A DNA stretch of 64,000 nucleotides from Minisyncoccota bacterium. Lineage in GTDB: Bacteria; Patescibacteriota; Minisyncoccia; Phycocordibacterales; SBAW01. Shown here piece by piece: positions 29,379 to 38,553 of this stretch. The DNA lies in assembly GCA_035549255.1 (NCBI GenBank), contig DASZRD010000009.1:49071-113070 (forward strand), written 5' to 3'. Below the pieces are notes generated by a model. It searched no databases and was not told where the DNA came from. It worked only from the letters and a program-made list of their open reading frames with translations. Each line of letters starts with the position of its first letter. Position 1 is the stretch's first letter. A program made the translations under genes and the position numbers.

Positions 29379-29912
29379 CTAGTCGTCTGCCACGTTCCCT
29401 TTGCTGTTCCGCACGAGCTTTATATCCCTGTAGTAACGCGTGCTCCAAGCCGGTATCACGCTGAAGAATTGGAACCGTCCTTCGCCGATTTTTCTAACAA
29501 CTACTTTGATCCTGTATCCTTTCACTATTCCCACGAATCCTATGTCCCGGATGATGACATTCTCCCACCGAGGCTGTTTACGCACCCAGGTCTTTTTTCG
29601 GTCGTAGTATTCCTCGAACTCCTGCATGAAGGCGGTCTTCCCCAGAAGCTCGCGCGCCTTCTCTAGGAGTTCGAAACGCATGATCTGGACGCGCTTATTC
29701 CGCTCCTGTTTGGGTATGCGGTAGATAAGGTGATTGAATCCTTCCGAGCTGAAATGGACTTCCTTTCCATTCAGAGCCGGACATACAACCGGTCTAAAGG
29801 CCTTGTACAAAATCTCCGCCTCTGCCCGTATCTCATCATAACGAGCCAGCTTTTCGTCATTGACTTTATTCGTAGCGTGTTCCAATTCCAACGCTTGCTC
29901 CTCCTCATTCAT
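29379..29912 (-). CDS. Hypothetical basic protein, putative BECR-fold (PBECR/RelE-like) nuclease
   Basis: Pattern VHFSSEGFNHL...R...RF.LL..A...IKVVVR...FFSVIP resembles phage Barnase-EndoU-Colicin-RelE-like domains (by eye). Start placed at 29912 because TAGAAT sits 7 nt upstream; the ORF track starts at 29921. Confidence 0.6.
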   Translation of the reverse strand: MNEEEQALELEHATNKVNDEKLARYDEIRAEAEILYKAFRPVVCPALNGKEVHFSSEGFNHLIYRIPKQERNKRVQIMRFELLEKARELLGKTAFMQEFEEYYDRKKTWVRKQPRWENVIIRDIGFVGIVKGYRIKVVVRKIGEGRFQFFSVIPAWSTRYYRDIKLVRNSKGNVADD

Positions 29913-30005
29913 CCCGGCCATTCTATACTTCGAGAGACGCTTTGCAAACGCAGTACTAAATACGCTCTATTGCGTTTGAGAATGTAAGCGGGATAATAGA
30001 GAACA

Positions 30006-30449
30006 ATGGCAGCAAAGATTTTTTTAGCATCCGATCACGCGGGATACGAGATGAAAGAGGCGCTCAATGCCTTTCTCACCGAGCGCGGCTATGAGGTTGA
30101 GGATTTGGGCGCTTCGACGCTCGATCCCAATGACGATTACCCGGATTATCTCGGCTCATTGGGGAGAAATGTGGCTCAAAATAAGGGTTCTTTCGGTATC
30201 GGCATAGGGGGTAGTGGACAGGGCGAAGCGATGGCAGTCAATAGGACGCCAGGCGCGCGCGCGGCAGTCTATTATGGCGGACCGGAAGAGATCGTCACAC
30301 TCTCGCGCGAGCATAACGATGCGAATGTCCTCTCGCTCGGGGCGCGCTTTGTCTCGATCGAGGATGCCAAGAACGTCGTTGCCAAGTGGCTCTCAACGCC
30401 TTTTAGCAATGACGAGCGCCACGTCCGCCGCATCCAGAAACTCGGATGA
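30006..30449 (+). CDS. rpiB: Ribose-5-phosphate isomerase B
   Basis: ASDHAG, DDYPD, GGSGQGE, REHNDANVLSLGAR, RHVRRI. Confidence 0.95.
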   Translation: MAAKIFLASDHAGYEMKEALNAFLTERGYEVEDLGASTLDPNDDYPDYLGSLGRNVAQNKGSFGIGIGGSGQGEAMAVNRTPGARAAVYYGGPEEIVTLSREHNDANVLSLGARFVSIEDAKNVVAKWLSTPFSNDERHVRRIQKLG

Positions 30450-31165
30450 TAGAAATTATTCCCGCGATACTCCGCAAATCTTTCAAAGACATCGAGCGCG
30501 ATCTTGAGCGCGTGCACGGTGCCGCCCACCGGGTGCAGATCGACGTTGTTGACGGACGCTTTGCGCATGGTACCACCTGGCCGTACCACGACCGCGAGTC
30601 GTTCGACAAAATCGTCGCTGAAGAGAACGGCCTCCCGCACTGGCAGGACTTCGACTTCGAGTTCGACCTCATGATCGAGGACCCGCATCTGCGCGTCATG
30701 GACTTCGTGCGCGCCGGCGCCTCGCGGGTTGTCATCCATGCCGACTCGCACGGCGCGGTCGAGGGGTTGCGCAAAGTCGCCGACCTGCGCGAGGACGACG
30801 GCCGTGGCGCGTTCTCCGTCTCGACGGGCCTCGCTCTCCTTCCAAACATGCAGCCGGACGTCTTGGATTCCTTCGACACGCTCTACGACTACGTGCAGGT
30901 GATGGGGATCGATCATGTCGGTAAGCAAGGCCAGCCGTTCGACGACCATGCGCTCGCGCTCATCGAGCGCCTGCGCCGCCGCTATCCCGACCTGCCGATA
31001 CAAGTCGACGGCGGTGTGAGTGCGGAGCACATTCCCGCGCTTGTGCGCGCGGGCGCAACGAGCCTTATCGTCGGCAGCGCCATATTCGGCGCGGATGACG
31101 CGATCGCCGCGTATAAAGCGTTGTATACTGAAGCCAATGCCCCTGGGAGAGGACAAGGTTCTTGA
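30446..31165 (+). CDS. rpe: Ribulose-phosphate 3-epimerase
   Basis: IIPAIL, QIDVVDGRF, VQVMGI..GKQGQPF, IQVDGGV, IVGSAIF. Confidence 0.92.
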   Translation: MIEIIPAILRKSFKDIERDLERVHGAAHRVQIDVVDGRFAHGTTWPYHDRESFDKIVAEENGLPHWQDFDFEFDLMIEDPHLRVMDFVRAGASRVVIHADSHGAVEGLRKVADLREDDGRGAFSVSTGLALLPNMQPDVLDSFDTLYDYVQVMGIDHVGKQGQPFDDHALALIERLRRRYPDLPIQVDGGVSAEHIPALVRAGATSLIVGSAIFGADDAIAAYKALYTEANAPGRGQGS

Positions 31166-31994
31166 AATCCAGAACAAAGCCCGCGCGATCCGCGAGACGA
31201 TTATCGAGATGCTCGTCGCGGCAGGCTCCGGCCACACCGCGGGGCCGCTTGGCATGGCGGACATCTTCGCGACATTCTACTTTCATATCCTCAATCATGA
31301 GCCGCACAATCCCGAGTGGGAGGAGCGCGACCGCCTGATCCTCAGCAACGGCCACATCGTGCCGGTGCGCTACGCCGCGATGGCGCACGCCGGCTACTTC
31401 CCGGTTGCGGAATGCCTCACGCTGCGCAAATTCGGCTCGAGGCTGCAAGGCCATCCCGAGCGCACCAAGTTGCCAGGCCTTGAGACGACGTCGGGGCCGC
31501 TTGGCAGCGGCTTGGGGCAAGCGGCGGGCATCGCCTACGGCGCGCGCATGGACCGCAAGCGCTTCCGCACCTATGTGGTCATGTCCGATGGCGAGCAGGA
31601 TGCGGGCAACACCTGGGAGGCGGCGATGTTCGCCGGCAATAACAAACTGCATAATCTCACGGCGGTCATTGACCGCAATAATATCCAGATCAACGGCATG
31701 ACCGAGCAAGTTATGCCGCTGGAGAACTTGCGCGGCAAATACGAGGCGTTCAATTGGCACGTGCTCGAGGTCGACGGCCATAACATCAAGCAGTTCTGCG
31801 ACGCGATTGAAGAAGCGAAGGCGATCTATGAAAAGCCGACGGTGATTATCGCGCACACGATCCCCGGCAAAGGCATCAAAGAGATAGAATTCGACTACAC
31901 CTGGCACGGCAAACCGCCGACCAAGGAAGAAGCCAAGAAATTCTTGCATGAATTGCGCACGCTGGGCGGCAAAGTAAAGAGCGAACATCAATAG
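31137..31994 (+). CDS. Transketolase, N-terminal (TPP-binding) subunit
   Basis: GSGHTAG, RDRLILSNGH, LQGHP, SDGEQDAG, DRNNIQING. Start chosen at ATG 31137. Confidence 0.93.
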   Translation: MPLGEDKVLEIQNKARAIRETIIEMLVAAGSGHTAGPLGMADIFATFYFHILNHEPHNPEWEERDRLILSNGHIVPVRYAAMAHAGYFPVAECLTLRKFGSRLQGHPERTKLPGLETTSGPLGSGLGQAAGIAYGARMDRKRFRTYVVMSDGEQDAGNTWEAAMFAGNNKLHNLTAVIDRNNIQINGMTEQVMPLENLRGKYEAFNWHVLEVDGHNIKQFCDAIEEAKAIYEKPTVIIAHTIPGKGIKEIEFDYTWHGKPPTKEEAKKFLHELRTLGGKVKSEHQ

Positions 31995-31996
31995 GC

Positions 31997-32998
31997 ATGC
32001 TGAACTCTGATCTTAAACTCGCGAAGAATATTTTTGATACTCCGGACATGGCGCCGACGCGTGACGGGTTTGGCACTGGTTTAGTGGAAGCAGGCGAGAA
32101 GGACTCTCGCGTGGTCGCGGTATGCGCTGACCTGGCAGAAAGTACGCGCATCTTGGCATTTAAGGAGAAGTTTCCCGATCGTTATATCGAGGCAGGCGTC
32201 GCGGAGCAAAATCTGGCGACCGTCGCATCCGGCCTCGCCAACTACGGCAAGATCCCGTTCATTGCCTCCTACGCGACCTTCAGTCCCGGCCGCAACAACG
32301 AGCAGATCCGCACGACGGTCTCTATTAATAATGTGCCGGTCAAGATCGTCGGCTCCCATGCGGGCGTTTCGGTCGGCCCCGACGGCGCGACGCACCAGGC
32401 GCTCGAGGATATCGCACTCATGCGCGTGCAGCCTCGTATGACCGTGCTTTACCCCTGCGATCGCGAGCAGGCGCGCAAGGCGACGCTCGCCGCGGCCGAG
32501 CATCAGGGGCCAGTGTATCTGCGCCTCGCGCGCGAGAAGACGCCGATCATGACGACTGCGCAGACGTCGTTTGAATTCGGCAAAGCCCAGCTCATGTGGC
32601 AGCCCAAGGACCGACGCAAGAAGCCCGATGTTGTTGTCTTTGCGACCGGGCCGCTCCTTTATAATGCACTCATCGCGGCGCGAGACCTCGAGGAGAAGCT
32701 TGCGGTCGTAGTTATCAATATCCACACGATCAAGCCGCTTGATGCGGCAACGGTCGTCCAGTGGGCCAAGAAGGCCGGCGCCGTCGTGACGGTAGAAGAG
32801 CATCAGGTTGCCGGCGGCCTCGGCGGCGCTATTGCGGAGGTGCTTGCATCACAAGCGCCGGTGCCGGTCGAATTTATCGGCGTGCACGACCAGTTCGGCC
32901 AGTCGGGAGAGCCCGCGGAACTTATCGCGCACTATCATATGGATGCGCCAAGCATCATCGATGCTATTACCAAGGTAAAGGCTCGCAAGGCAAAATAG
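31997..32998 (+). CDS. Transketolase, C-terminal subunit
   Basis: GVAEQNL, VGPDGATHQALEDIA, IKPLD, VTVEEHQVAGGLG. Confidence 0.95.
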   Translation: MLNSDLKLAKNIFDTPDMAPTRDGFGTGLVEAGEKDSRVVAVCADLAESTRILAFKEKFPDRYIEAGVAEQNLATVASGLANYGKIPFIASYATFSPGRNNEQIRTTVSINNVPVKIVGSHAGVSVGPDGATHQALEDIALMRVQPRMTVLYPCDREQARKATLAAAEHQGPVYLRLAREKTPIMTTAQTSFEFGKAQLMWQPKDRRKKPDVVVFATGPLLYNALIAARDLEEKLAVVVINIHTIKPLDAATVVQWAKKAGAVVTVEEHQVAGGLGGAIAEVLASQAPVPVEFIGVHDQFGQSGEPAELIAHYHMDAPSIIDAITKVKARKAK

Positions 32999-33002
32999 TT
33001 GT

Positions 33003-33194
33003 ATGTTCAATGACTTCAAGCGCTCGCGCGGCAGCATCTGGAAGTCAAGCGTCAATTCGTTTATCGGCAGTGTATTCCTGGGCGTATGCGCGCTGTGGGC
33101 GATAATCGTCATTTGCCAGGCCTCATGGGGCGTCAATCCAGTCGCGCAGGCTTTTACCAACGCCGTTGCAATGGAGACGCAGGTGTCTAATTAA
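33003..33194 (+). CDS. Small hypothetical membrane protein
   Basis: 63-aa ORF 4 nt after transketolase, one TM segment, followed by a hairpin. Confidence 0.6.
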   Translation: MFNDFKRSRGSIWKSSVNSFIGSVFLGVCALWAIIVICQASWGVNPVAQAFTNAVAMETQVSN

Positions 33195-33208
33195 TAGAGG
33201 AAGAAAAA

Positions 33209-33242
33209 GCCCCCGCCGCGCGTTACTACGCGCGGCGGGGGC
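33209..33242. terminator. Intrinsic terminator between convergent genes
   Basis: GCCCCCGCCGCGCGT-TACT-ACGCGCGGCGGGGGC, preceded by an A-tract (U-tract on the minus strand). Confidence 0.8.
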
Positions 33243-33249
33243 CGCGAAC

Positions 33250-33813
33250 TCACATTCTCCATAGGTTGATCGCGGTTTCCGTAATTTCCTCAGGAGTAGA
33301 CCGCAGAGCGTCGATCTTGCGAAAATGATCGTCCTTCTTCGCTTCCTTATTCCATTCGCGACCCTCGATCAGCCGCTCCTCGATCTCCGATGGCGACAGG
33401 CCGCCGCGCGCTTTCATGCGACGGCGAAGCTCCGTCTCGTCGTCGATATACAGGTACAAGGAGCGCGTCAGCCCTAATTTGCGGTGCCTCATGACGTACC
33501 GATGCAGCTTTTGGGCCGCATCGATCGTGATGATGGCGACGTTGAACCCGGCTGAGAGCGCGTCATCTACCGCTTTCTTGCGCGTGCCGTAGCGGTAAGC
33601 GCCGATCTTCACGTGCCAGAGCAGCTCGCAGTTGTTGCCGATTTCCCGGAATTTGTTCTCCGAGACATGCGCGTATTCGCCCGGTTGGTCGGTTGCCCTC
33701 GGCGGCCGCGTCGTGATGCTTTCGAGCGGTTGCAGGCCGGGGATTATTTCGCTCAGATGTCCGAGAAGCGTCGTCTTGCCGCTGCCGGACGGGCCGCAAA
33801 TAACGAGAATCAT
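33250..33813 (-). CDS. Guanylate kinase-like protein
   Basis: ILVICGPSGSGKTTL P-loop, ITTRPPR, YRYGT, ELRRRMKARG. GGAGG precedes ATG 33813. Divergent from canonical Gmk. Confidence 0.8.
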   Translation of the reverse strand: MILVICGPSGSGKTTLLGHLSEIIPGLQPLESITTRPPRATDQPGEYAHVSENKFREIGNNCELLWHVKIGAYRYGTRKKAVDDALSAGFNVAIITIDAAQKLHRYVMRHRKLGLTRSLYLYIDDETELRRRMKARGGLSPSEIEERLIEGREWNKEAKKDDHFRKIDALRSTPEEITETAINLWRM

Positions 33814-33878
33814 AGGTCCCTCCAAAGGTCGGTATCCAGCCGGAGTATAGGAGATTTCTGACCTTGCGGCAACGCTCC

Positions 33879-34880
33879 TTAGAGCGCTTCTATCTTGAAA
33901 GCTGCTGCCGGCTTGGCGAGATGCTGCTCGAGCTCTTCGCGCTTGAGGAGGCCCTTCTGCGCGCCGATGTCCTGAAGCACCGATGATGCGTTGGTAGCGC
34001 CCCACTGCACGGCTTCCTCGAGCGGCTTGCCAAGCTCGAGCGCCGCGACCGTGGTCGAGGCGAGCGCGTCGCCGGCACCGGTGATCTCATAAGGCGGCTT
34101 AGGGTCGGGGTAGCGCGGGCAGTGGAACATCGTCACGCCATCCTCTTTGATTCCGTACGAGCCCCGCGCGTCGTCGGTAATGACGGCGATTTTCGGTCCG
34201 AGCGCCCTCATACCCTTGAGGAGATCTTTCATGTCGCTGCCGGCGGGTAAGCCAAGAATGGTCTCCGCCTCTTCCTTGTTGCAGAAGAATATATTCGTGC
34301 GCGCATAGACGTCGCGCAGCGCCTCGACACCGAGCTTGATCTGGAAGGTGCCGGGCTGGAAGGCGAGCTTCGTATCGGGAAATTCCTTGAGCTTCTCCAT
34401 CCACGCGTGATGATAGGGGACAGAATTTTCTCCAAGCGATGAAAGGTACACCCACTTGGGCCCTATAGTCATCTGCGGCACGGTGTAGTCGAACTGCTCG
34501 TGCTTGACCAATATCGTGCGCTGGCTCTCGAACCACAGCACGTAATGATAGTTGGTGTGCTTGCCCGGCACCTTCTCTATATAGTCGAGCGCCACGTTGT
34601 CGATCTGGAGCGAAGCGAAGCACTGCGTCGCATACATGTCGTCGCCGACATACGCGCGCAAGGCAGATTTGAGCCCAAGCCGTGCCGCAGAGACCGCTGC
34701 GTTGGCGGAGTTGCCCACGGCGGGCACCACTTCGGCGAATTCATAGGGGATCTTGTCGCCCCAGCGCATGCAGATCTCGCACTCCTCGTTGTTGAGTTTG
34801 CAATGCACGGAGGCGTCATGGAGGCGGATAAACGCATCAATAACAATATCGCCAATGGCGAGAAAATCGAGCTGTTCCAT
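33879..34880 (-). CDS. PfkB-family carbohydrate kinase
   Basis: GNSANAAVSAARLG, NKEEA, TGAGDA signature. Confidence 0.93.
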   Translation of the reverse strand: MEQLDFLAIGDIVIDAFIRLHDASVHCKLNNEECEICMRWGDKIPYEFAEVVPAVGNSANAAVSAARLGLKSALRAYVGDDMYATQCFASLQIDNVALDYIEKVPGKHTNYHYVLWFESQRTILVKHEQFDYTVPQMTIGPKWVYLSSLGENSVPYHHAWMEKLKEFPDTKLAFQPGTFQIKLGVEALRDVYARTNIFFCNKEEAETILGLPAGSDMKDLLKGMRALGPKIAVITDDARGSYGIKEDGVTMFHCPRYPDPKPPYEITGAGDALASTTVAALELGKPLEEAVQWGATNASSVLQDIGAQKGLLKREELEQHLAKPAAAFKIEAL

Positions 34881-34925
34881 ATATTTTCAGTATACTATGC
34901 GTATACAGGTGTTACACTGGTGAGT

Positions 34926-35795
34926 ATGGATATCCCAATGAAAAATCTCCGCGCGACCATTGCTGACTTTAAGGCAGCAGGGAAGGCTATCGGGCATTTT
35001 AATTTCTCCGACTCCAACCAGCTGCGCGCTATCGCGCTCGCGGCGAAAGAGGTAAATGTGCCAGTTATTGCAGGGTTGTCGGAAGGCGAGCGGGAATTTT
35101 TCCCGATCACGCATGCGCGGGCGCTCGTCGACCGCTACCGCATCGAGGGCGTCAATATGTTCCTTAATGCCGATCATACGTATAGTGCTGAGAAGGTCCA
35201 CAAGGCGATATCGGAAGGCGTCGACTCGGTCGTCGTCGACGGCGCGGCGCTCCCGTTCGATGAGAATGTCGCGATGCTCAAGGAGTGCGTCGACTATGCG
35301 CGCAAGGGAGGCCGCGATATCATTATCGAAGGCGAGCTCGGCTATATCGGCCAGTCTTCCAAACAGCTGGATGCTTTGCCGGAAGGCGTCTCGATCGAGA
35401 ATCTTACGACCGTCGAAGACGCGAAGAAGTTCCTTGCCGGTACCGGCATCGATGCCTTCGCGCCGGCTGTGGGCAACGTCCATGGGATGCTTAAGTCCGC
35501 TCAAGAGCCGCGGCTTCACCCCGACCGGGTAAAAGAGATCGCCGACGCGCTCCAAATCCCGCTTGTGCTCCATGGCGCATCGGGCAACACTGAAGAAGAT
35601 ATCGCCGCGTGCATCAAGGCGGGCGTCACGATCGTGCACATCAATACCGAATTGCGCCTCACGTACCGCGACAGCCTCAAAAAATCGCTCGAAGCTAATC
35701 CCGACGAAACGACGCCGTACAAATTCTTGACACCCGCCGTCGACGCGATGCAGCAGTTCCTCATGGAGAAAATGCGCCTCTTCGCCTCGGCCTAG
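34926..35795 (+). CDS. fba: Class II fructose-bisphosphate aldolase
   Basis: AIGHFN, ADH, EGELGYIG, AVGNVHG, PLVLHGASG, INTELR. Start at 34926 has TACACT 7 nt upstream; 34938 is an alternative. Confidence 0.93.
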   Translation: MDIPMKNLRATIADFKAAGKAIGHFNFSDSNQLRAIALAAKEVNVPVIAGLSEGEREFFPITHARALVDRYRIEGVNMFLNADHTYSAEKVHKAISEGVDSVVVDGAALPFDENVAMLKECVDYARKGGRDIIIEGELGYIGQSSKQLDALPEGVSIENLTTVEDAKKFLAGTGIDAFAPAVGNVHGMLKSAQEPRLHPDRVKEIADALQIPLVLHGASGNTEEDIAACIKAGVTIVHINTELRLTYRDSLKKSLEANPDETTPYKFLTPAVDAMQQFLMEKMRLFASA

Positions 35796-35836
35796 CGGTT
35801 GCCAAAAACCAGTATATCTGCTAAATTATTCGGGCA

Positions 35837-36496
35837 ATGCAGCTTACTGTCGAAAAGCGCGATACGAAACAGAGTCCCAAGTCCTTGCGCGGCAAGGGTT
35901 TACTGCCTGCGGTCGTCTACGGCCGTTCCGAGGAGTCGACCCCTATCACCGTCGACCGCAAGGCCTTCGACAAGGTCTTCCATCAAGCGGGGGAGTCGAG
36001 CGTCATTACCCTTGCCGGCCTCGGCGAGGAGAAGGATGCGCTCATCCACGAGGTTGAATTCGACGCCGTGACCGGCGTACCGGTCCACGCCGATTTTTAC
36101 GCGATCGAGAAGGGTCAGACTGTTACGGTGTCGATCCCGCTCGAGTTCGTCGGCGAGTCTCCGGCCGTGAAGGACCTTGGCGGCATCTTGGTGAAGGTCA
36201 TCCACGAACTGGAGATCGAGTGCCAGCCCAAGGACCTCCCGCACGCGATCAATGTCGATATCTCCGCTCTCGCGACCCTCGAGGACCAGATCCACGTCAA
36301 GGACCTCAAGGGCATCCCGTCTTCGGCCACCATCACGTTGGACCCGGAGGAGGTCGTAGCGATGGTATCGGTCGCTGTCGAAGAGCCGGTGGAGGAAGCC
36401 CCGGCCGACCTCTCCTCGATCGAGATCTCCGAAGAGCGCGGCAAGAAGGAGGAAGAGGGCGCCGAGGGAGCCGCTCCTGCAGAAACCAAAGAATAA
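35837..36496 (+). CDS. rplY: 50S ribosomal protein L25 (Ctc-type, long form)
   Basis: LRGKGLLPAVVYG, HADFY, C-terminal extension. Confidence 0.95.
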   Translation: MQLTVEKRDTKQSPKSLRGKGLLPAVVYGRSEESTPITVDRKAFDKVFHQAGESSVITLAGLGEEKDALIHEVEFDAVTGVPVHADFYAIEKGQTVTVSIPLEFVGESPAVKDLGGILVKVIHELEIECQPKDLPHAINVDISALATLEDQIHVKDLKGIPSSATITLDPEEVVAMVSVAVEEPVEEAPADLSSIEISEERGKKEEEGAEGAAPAETKE

Positions 36497-36500
36497 AAGA

Positions 36501-36521
36501 ACCCGGGGTAACCCGGGTTTT
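36501..36521 (+). terminator. Intrinsic terminator after rplY
   Basis: ACCCGGG-GTAA-CCCGGGT followed by TTT. Confidence 0.65.
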
Positions 36522-36544
36522 ATCGTCCGAGTTACAATACTCAT

Positions 36545-36856
36545 ATGATAAAGAAACCTTTCTATAATGCCGTGCTCGCCGCGGGATATATCGTCGGGCT
36601 CGTGTATTTTATTTTTACTTTCATTGCGCAGCCCAATACGCCGGACAGCGAATCGTCGCTCCTGGTGCCGATTGCGATGCTCTCCCTCTTCGTGCTCTCG
36701 GCGGCAGTCATGAGCTACCTCTTCCTCTATGAACCGCTCATGCTCTACTTTGAGGGCAAGAAGCAGGAAGCCGTGCGGTTTTTCCTTCAGACGACCGGCA
36801 TCTTCGCGCTCATTACGTGCGCATACTTCGTGCTGCTCATCGTCATGGGAAGGTAA
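36545..36856 (+). CDS. Hypothetical membrane protein (3 TM)
   Basis: Three hydrophobic segments. TACAAT 6 nt before ATG. Confidence 0.8.
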   Translation: MIKKPFYNAVLAAGYIVGLVYFIFTFIAQPNTPDSESSLLVPIAMLSLFVLSAAVMSYLFLYEPLMLYFEGKKQEAVRFFLQTTGIFALITCAYFVLLIVMGR

Positions 36857-36901
36857 CCGGTAAGCACTACCGGGGCCACTCCGTCTGATATACTCGTATA
36901 T

Positions 36902-38287
36902 ATGAGGGCGAACATAGGGAGGGCTGCCGCTCTCTTACTGATTGGCATCATAATCTGCGCGGGGGTGTACACATCACTTATGCTTGCGCCGCACGCAAGC
37001 GCGCAGACGCTCACCGACCAGCAGAAGGCGCAGCTTCAGGCGCAGTACGATGAGCTGCAGGCCGAGATCGCGCAATGGCAGCAGGTACTCAATGACACCA
37101 AGGCCAAGAAAGCAAGCCTCCAGGGCGACGTGACGACGCTCAATGCCGAGATTGCCAAGGCGCAGGCGGAGATCAAGCAGCGCACGATCACCATAACGAC
37201 GCTCGGCAACGAGATCGACCAGAAGAACGCGCAGATCAGCGACCTCGAGGACTCGATCGACCAGGGCCACGACTCCCTCGCCAAGCTCCTGCGCCAGATG
37301 AACGAGACGGAGACCGAGTCGCTCGTGGTGCTCGCGTTCTCGGCGAGCAACCTCTCGGACTTCCTCTCCGATGTCGACAATATCAATTCGATCAACAGCG
37401 CGCTTGAGGCGCAATTCAACCAGATACGCAATACGCAAGCGCAGGTCGCGATCGCGCGCGACGCACTGAGCACCCAGCAAGACGCACAGATCGACGCGGA
37501 GCACGACGTCGAGGTGAAAAAGTCCCAGATCCAGGACGACCAGACGCAGAAGAAGCAGCTCCTCGCCGTCACGACGCAAAACGAGACGACCTACAGCCAG
37601 ATACTCGCGCAGCGCCAGGCGCAGGCGGCGGCGATCCGCGCGGCACTCTTCCCGCTGCGCGACGCGGCGGCGATCAACTTCGGCACCGCGCTCACCTACG
37701 CGCAGGCCGCGCAGAAGGCGACCGGCGTCGACCCGGCCTTCGTACTCGCGATCCTCACGCAAGAGTCCAACTTGGGCGCCAACGTCGGCCAGTGCTATCT
37801 TTCCAACGACAAGACGGGCGCGGGCGTCGGCAAGAATACCGGCACCGCCTTCGCCAACGTCATGAGCCCGACGCGCGATGTGCCGCCCTTCTTGGCGCTT
37901 GCCGATCAGCTCGGCTTCGACCCGCACCATCAGGTGGTCTCGTGCCCGATCCCGAGCGCGGGCGGCTGGGGCGGCGCCATGGGTCCGGCGCAATTCATCG
38001 CCTCGACGTGGGCGACGATGGCGAGCAAAGTTGCGACGGCGCGCGGCGAGTCCATAGCCAATCCGTGGGACCCACAAGACGCGATCATGGCGATGTCCAT
38101 ATATCTCGGCAATCTGGGCGCCTCGGCCGGCACGTATTCCTCCGAGCGTACGGCAGCCGCCAAATACTACGCGGGCGGGGCGTGGGCGACCGCAGGGCAG
38201 ACCTATGCCAACCAAGTGATGTCCAAGGTCGACTCGATACAGAAGAATATCGACTGCCTCACCGACAACAGTACCTGTAGCATCTAA
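36902..38287 (+). CDS. Coiled-coil (PcsB-like) protein with C-terminal lytic transglycosylase domain
   Basis: Signal peptide, long heptad region, catalytic ILTQES, GAMGPAQFI, NPWDPQDAI. Confidence 0.88.
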   Translation: MRANIGRAAALLLIGIIICAGVYTSLMLAPHASAQTLTDQQKAQLQAQYDELQAEIAQWQQVLNDTKAKKASLQGDVTTLNAEIAKAQAEIKQRTITITTLGNEIDQKNAQISDLEDSIDQGHDSLAKLLRQMNETETESLVVLAFSASNLSDFLSDVDNINSINSALEAQFNQIRNTQAQVAIARDALSTQQDAQIDAEHDVEVKKSQIQDDQTQKKQLLAVTTQNETTYSQILAQRQAQAAAIRAALFPLRDAAAINFGTALTYAQAAQKATGVDPAFVLAILTQESNLGANVGQCYLSNDKTGAGVGKNTGTAFANVMSPTRDVPPFLALADQLGFDPHHQVVSCPIPSAGGWGGAMGPAQFIASTWATMASKVATARGESIANPWDPQDAIMAMSIYLGNLGASAGTYSSERTAAAKYYAGGAWATAGQTYANQVMSKVDSIQKNIDCLTDNSTCSI

Positions 38288-38331
38288 GCCAGCGGCTTGC
38301 AGAAGCCATTTTGCCGTGCTATTATTGAAGT

Positions 38332-38553
38332 ATGAAAGCCGAAACCCATCCGACATATTTTCCCGAGGCCAAGGTGACCTGCGCATGCGGGAACACCTTT
38401 ACCGTGGGCTCGACCCGCGAGCATATCGAGGTGGAAATCTGCTCCAACTGCCACCCGTTCTACACCGGCAACGAGAAGATCATGGACGCCGCCGGCCGCG
38501 TAGAGAAGTTCAAGGCGCGCCGCGCTGCTGCTTCCGCCAAGAAGGCGAAGTAG
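38332..38553 (+). CDS. rpmE: 50S ribosomal protein L31 (Zn-binding type)
   Basis: [29 protein letters not shown]. Confidence 0.97.
   Translation: MKAETHPTYFPEAKVTCACGNTFTVGSTREHIEVEICSNCHPFYTGNEKIMDAAGRVEKFKARRAAASAKKAK

Noticed and set aside
29325-29666. 113-aa plus-strand ORF downstream of the 29251 promoter
   Set aside because: It runs through a strong terminator, is antisense to the better ORF and has no recognisable features.
34500-34925. N-terminal extension of fba in the ORF track (similar extensions for gmk-like, tkt-N and pheS)
   Set aside because: They overlap neighbouring genes; family motifs and promoter/RBS signals point to downstream starts.
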